A stretch of DNA of 63,936 bases, counting the filler, from Octopus bimaculoides (Eukaryota), in NCBI RefSeq assembly GCF_001194135.2. It is 5 parts of 5 records of this genome, joined end to end, with 100 filler letters (N's around TTAATTAATTAA, not from the genome) between each part and the next. Parts side by side here need not be neighbours in the genome. Positions count along the whole stretch, not along the records: positions 31,579 to 61,037 come from NC_068983.1; positions 61,138 to 62,535 come from NC_069004.1; positions 62,636 to 63,936 come from NW_026343961.1; 2 more parts are not named here. One strand, 5' to 3'. Below the pieces are notes generated by a model. It was given only the letters and a program-made list of their open reading frames with translations, was not told the DNA's origin and ran no database searches. Positions 59,166-63,936 of the stretch are shown here, piece after piece (the stretch's first letter is position 1; every line of letters begins with the position of its first letter). The position numbers and the translations under genes are program-made.

Positions 59166-60985
59166 ATGTCCACAAATATACAAATGTCGATGTAAAATAT
59201 ACCAGCAATATTATATTAAAAGTGAATTAATCATTTAAAGTTTATCACCATAAACCATGTGGCTTGTGCCTGTTGATGCACATGCAAATAGAACTCAGAA
59301 ATATTAATGTGAACGAACAATAATTTCAGTAATAGTTTGAAAATTGCAAATTAACGACATAGAATATGCATTATTAATCCGAGGTATAAACGATATTTTA
59401 GAAATAATTACTACATTCTCTTCAGTCGCTTTTATTTCATATTCCATTTATTGTTTCTTAATTTTCTTAATTTATTATTTCATAATTTTTTTTTTGATTA
59501 TTTCGTATTTAATGAATTGTAGAATCAATATTTAGAAAGATACTATTATGATGATTGCAAGTATTATGGAATAATTTTTGAAAATTACATTTCCTCTCAT
59601 AACCTCAAGAGATCAATTAGCTAATGGAATTCAATTTCAGAGAGGGCATCTTAGAATAAACACGAGAAAGTTTCCTTCCAATTTTTAACTTATATCGTAT
59701 TGCTCTGATTTCTGTTGTTTTGCTTTATAGATTGAGAATGGAAAGGAAACGAATGCACTTCATTATAGGAATGAGACTTAACGTCTACTATGTAGACACT
59801 TAAAACTATTTAAAAATGAATGTATCTCGATTGCCTGGATATGTTAATAATATATCACAACAGGATAATGGAAACCCCTTTCATAATGTAAAAGCTCTGA
59901 GCATCATATTATTTAAATACGTACATTATATAGAGTAATTCAGTTATAAAATTATTAACGGTCTTTAAATATGTTCTATCGTGTAACTATACAGAAATTA
60001 CCATATACATAAATTGTATACTTCCACAGCATTGTTCTAAATGTCAGTTGGAGTAGTCCTCATATAGTACTGCAGCCCATTCCTAGAAACAGTAATCATA
60101 GTAAATAATGCAAGTATGGAAGAATTAAGCAGTAAGATATATCGGATGAATGAACAAAAAGGAAAAACATTATATTATATGCCTCAACCTCAACTACTGA
60201 ACCATAGTTACATCATGATATTCAAACATTAGGTGACATTGAAAATTTGAAGCTAACACAATACATTAGAAATTATAAATAAGATATATTTATGTCATTC
60301 AGTATTTGCTACGTATGATATACAAACAAACACAACTTCTCACAAAAAACTTAATAACGGTTTATAAATATTTCAAAATGGTGATTTTGTAGTGTAGCGT
60401 ATGCTTTCAACAAGACTATCTTGCAATACACTACGCTTCTAATTTTGGAAGTTAAATTTTTTTCAATAAATTTAGTTCCAATCTATCAATCACATGAACT
60501 ATATTAAATTACCGATTGTTTTAAGCGATGTATATTGCGAAACAACATTACACTATGTTTTTAAGCTATCCTTCAAAATGATGAAATTTTGAGACATTAG
60601 ACTGTCTTAATCGCTACCATCTACCACTCAAGTTTCAAAGAATATATATTTTGAAATAACTCGAAATGTGTGTCATATTGTTAGCTCTGTAGTGTAGCTA
60701 GTGTATGGTACTATCCAAAACGCATGTATATTTTATGAACTTGTACATGGAAAGTGAACTACCAGGTTTAGAGTCACACGTTTGTCATCATATACAGCCA
60801 TTACATTTCTTGTGCATAATAATGGGCCATATATCGCATGAAGAATTGTCATTATTTTCCTTACGAATTTACTACTATATGTAGGTGGGTATATATACAT
60901 ACATATTCACAAACACACATACACACATGCACGGCGCACGTTTGCACGGATATAATTGTACGTGAGTGTGTGATATATATATATG

Positions 60986-61037
<52 letters not shown>

Positions 61038-61137
61038 NNNNNNNNNNNNNNNNNNNNNNNNNNNNNNNNNNNNNNNNNNNNTTAATTAATTAANNNNNNN
61101 NNNNNNNNNNNNNNNNNNNNNNNNNNNNNNNNNNNNN
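61038..61137. other. Artificial scaffold-joining spacer
   Basis: 44N-TTAATTAATTAA(61082-61093)-44N. Confidence 0.95.
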
Positions 61138-62521
61138 CTTTTTCCTTTTCTTTCTTCTTTCCTCTTTTTCTTTCTTTTTCTTTTCGCGAGTTGAAAAATT
61201 GAACCTTAAAGACTGATGATGTCATTCCATCAACGTGTGGACGCTGGTTGCTCTCATTCATAATTTAGATTTGAATTTCTATAATTTAAAATTTTTATCA
61301 TTTTTTATCTTGAATTCGACAAAGACAGGCTTCCTGTCTAAATATCGCTCAACCAATAAAATATCTATATAAATAAAACAACATTGAGTCGGACAGAAGG
61401 AAGAAGAAGTCAAGGAAACGCATGGTCTGCATGGCGTTAGACATTTTCAGGGAGTCTTGAAATTTATGAATAGGCATTAAGGAATAAAAGATCTATAAAA
61501 CCTGTAACCGACCGAGAACGATGGAGCAAAGCTGCTACCCCTGATGGGCAAATATACATGGGATGGGAGAACACTGAAGTAGAACTGCCGTCCAATGTGC
61601 AGACATACATAGGATAAGATAACTAATCTTTCTGCCATTGTAAAGGAGGCGCAGGATAACAGAAACCAAGTGTGAGGTTGAAGCACGCCCAGTATGAATA
61701 AAGTACATGAGATAAGAAATAATTCGTAAGGTGAGACAAGGGAACGTAAAAGAAGAGGCGAGTTGTCAATTTAGTTTCTGGCCATACATTTTTCTGTTAC
61801 TTGTTTTCTTTTTCATTGAGGGTTTCTCACTTGATTACACCCGCTCTCCACTACACATCATATTGCCCATCACTCGTTGACGACTTGTACACCACTGTTT
61901 ACATGTCAGCTGTATCACTCAGCAAATGTGTTAAACAATAAATAAATATATATGAGAGCAGTTTTAACATAGAGATTTCACATGCGCACGCACGCACACA
62001 CACTCACACACACTCACACACACACGCACGCACAAAGACACACACTGACGCAAATATAAAAATACATACAAGCCCACGCCTCAGTACAGACACACAACCT
62101 CACAGACATACACTTCCGAAACTATGATGATATCAAATTCCCTGTTTATTAATCAATCTATCACTCTGTCTATTTGTTTCTCACTGTGTTGTGTGTATGT
62201 GTGTGTGTGTGTGTGCGTGTGTGTATGTGTAAGTGTTTGTGTGTATACACACACACATGGATCTGCGTATGTGTATATAGAGGCGCATATTCATGCACAT
62301 ACATGCATATATATAGCTCTGTGTGTGTGTGTGTGTCCGAGTGTGTCAATGAGTGTGTCTGTGTGTGTCTATGTGCGTGTATGTATGTGTGTATGTGTGA
62401 GTGTGTGTATCAGTGTGTACGGGAATGAAAAAGAAGCACATAGACATAAGTATACGTAGAAAATACACTCATTATCATGCACACTCGCATACACACCCAT
62501 ACATACATGCAAACACACATA

Positions 62522-62535
62522 AGATCGGAAGAGCA
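62522..62535 (+). other. Illumina adapter remnant
   Basis: AGATCGGAAGAGCA at the last bases of a scaffold matches the start of the TruSeq adapter. Confidence 0.85.
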
Positions 62536-62635
62536 NNNNNNNNNNNNNNNNNNNNNNNNNNNNNNNNNNNNNNNNNNNNTTAATTAATTAANNNNNNNNN
62601 NNNNNNNNNNNNNNNNNNNNNNNNNNNNNNNNNNN
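62536..62635. other. Artificial scaffold-joining spacer
   Basis: 44N-TTAATTAATTAA(62580-62591)-44N. Confidence 0.95.
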
Positions 62636-63936
62636 CGGATATACGTAAGTAGGCACGTACGTGCGAACGTAGGTATGCCCGTACGTACGAACGTAAGTAT
62701 GCACGTAAGTACGCACGTACGTATGCATGTACGCACGTACTTATGCAAGTACATACGGACGTACATATGCAAGTACATACGGACGTATGTATGCAAGTAC
62801 GTAGGCACGTATATATGCACGTACGTATGGACGTACATACGTAAGTACGGATGCGCGTACGTAGGGACGTATGTATGCATGTAAGTACGGACGTACTTAT
62901 GCACATACGTAGTCACATACGTATGCACGTACATAAGCACGTACATATGCACGTACTTACGGAAGTACGTACGCAAATAAGTACGTACGTATGCACGTAC
63001 GTACACAGGAATGCATGCACATACCTACGGACGTACGTATGCACGTACTTATGGACGTACATACAGTGGTAGGTACGCATGTACGTAAGGACGTACGTAT
63101 GCACGTACTTACGTAAGTTCGTATGCAAGTACGTACGCACGTACGTATGCACGAGCGTACATATGCACGTACGTACGTATGCACGTACATACGCACGTAC
63201 CTATGCACGTACGTACGCATGCACGTACGTAAGCACGTACGTACGCACGTACGTATGCACGTACGAACGCACGTTCGTATGCACGTACGAACGCATGTAC
63301 GTATGCACGTACGTTCTTATGCACGTACGTACGTATGCACGTACTTACGTATGAACGTACGTAAGCACGTACGTAAGCACGTACGTATGCACGTACTTAT
63401 GCGCGTACGTACGTAGATACGTATGCACGTACGTACGTGTGCATGTACATACAAGTGCACGTACGTACGAATGTACGTTAGCACGTACAAACGTACGTAG
63501 GCACGTCCGTCAGCATGTACGTATACACGTACGTACTGATGCACGAACGTACTTATGCACGTACGAACCTACGTTAGCACGTACGTACGCACGTACGTAT
63601 GAAGGAACGGAAGTACGTATGCCTGTACGTACGCACGTACGTGTGTACGTACATACGGACGTACGCATGCACTACGTACGTACGGTCGTAGGTACGCATG
63701 TACGTAAGAACTTACGTATGCACGTACTTACGTAAGTACGTACGCACGTACGTATTCACGAACTTACGTACGTACGTCTGCATGTATGTCTGCACGTATG
63801 TCTGCACGTACGTACACACGTACGTATGTACGTACATACGCACGGAAGTAAGTACGTATGCACGTACGTACGTACGCATGTACGTACGTATGCAAGTACG
63901 TACGCACGTACGTACGCATGTACGTATGCACGTACG
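62636..63936. repeat. CpG-rich degenerate satellite built on (TACG)n, with frequent GCACGTACGTAT 12-mers
   Basis: At least 1.3 kb made mostly of TACG/CACG/TATG/TACA-type 4-mers; continues beyond the window end. Confidence 0.9.

Noticed and set aside
61213-61240. CTGATGA-TG...CA-TCAAC as a hammerhead
   Set aside because: No GAAA half-core and only a 2-bp stem II; CTGATGA at 6492 fails in the same way.
61474-61617. WSKAATPDGQIY resembling a WW-domain strand
   Set aside because: It lacks the upstream LP.G and the downstream NH...T.W..P residues; no usable splice sites; bounded by stops.
767-63735. Most ORFs in the supplied track (poly-CV/YI/HT/LS/M/I/X)
   Set aside because: They are translations of microsatellites, N gaps or the TACG satellite, or antisense shadows of transposon relics; none has a domain signature.

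Overview
AT-rich, microsatellite-saturated eukaryotic DNA with no confidently identifiable host gene. The repeat landscape (several tRNA-headed SINE families, Tc1/mariner relics, dense di/tri/tetranucleotide arrays) resembles a coleoid cephalopod such as Octopus; this is an inference, not a database result. The window is a draft pseudomolecule: many N gaps, four identical 100-nt spacers (44N-TTAATTAATTAA-44N) that join five separately assembled pieces, one Illumina adapter remnant and one probable contig-overlap duplication. Protein-coding relics are all transposon-derived: a 5'-truncated R4/Dong-type RT+RLE non-LTR element (about 48.4-50.5 kb), an RTE-like fragment (32.8-33.0 kb), two mariner relics (37.2-38.3 and 40.7-41.4 kb) and a Tc1 relic (56.2-57.3 kb). 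Nearly all supplied ORFs are translations of microsatellites or N runs. The most interesting observations are: (1) two short repeat families carrying minimal hammerhead-ribozyme-like motifs of the Penelope type, found next to (AAT)n or (TA)n tracts, one of them joined to a head-to-head palindromic tRNA-like (Pol III A/B box) head; (2) a ~490-bp tandem satellite that contains an inverted, 81%-identical copy of the adjacent Tc1 5' region; (3) a CpG-rich self-complementary (TACG)n-based satellite; (4) several perfect or near-perfect hairpins and a double SINE insertion flanked by three copies of a 13-bp target. Family names A-D and HH1/HH2 are my own working labels.
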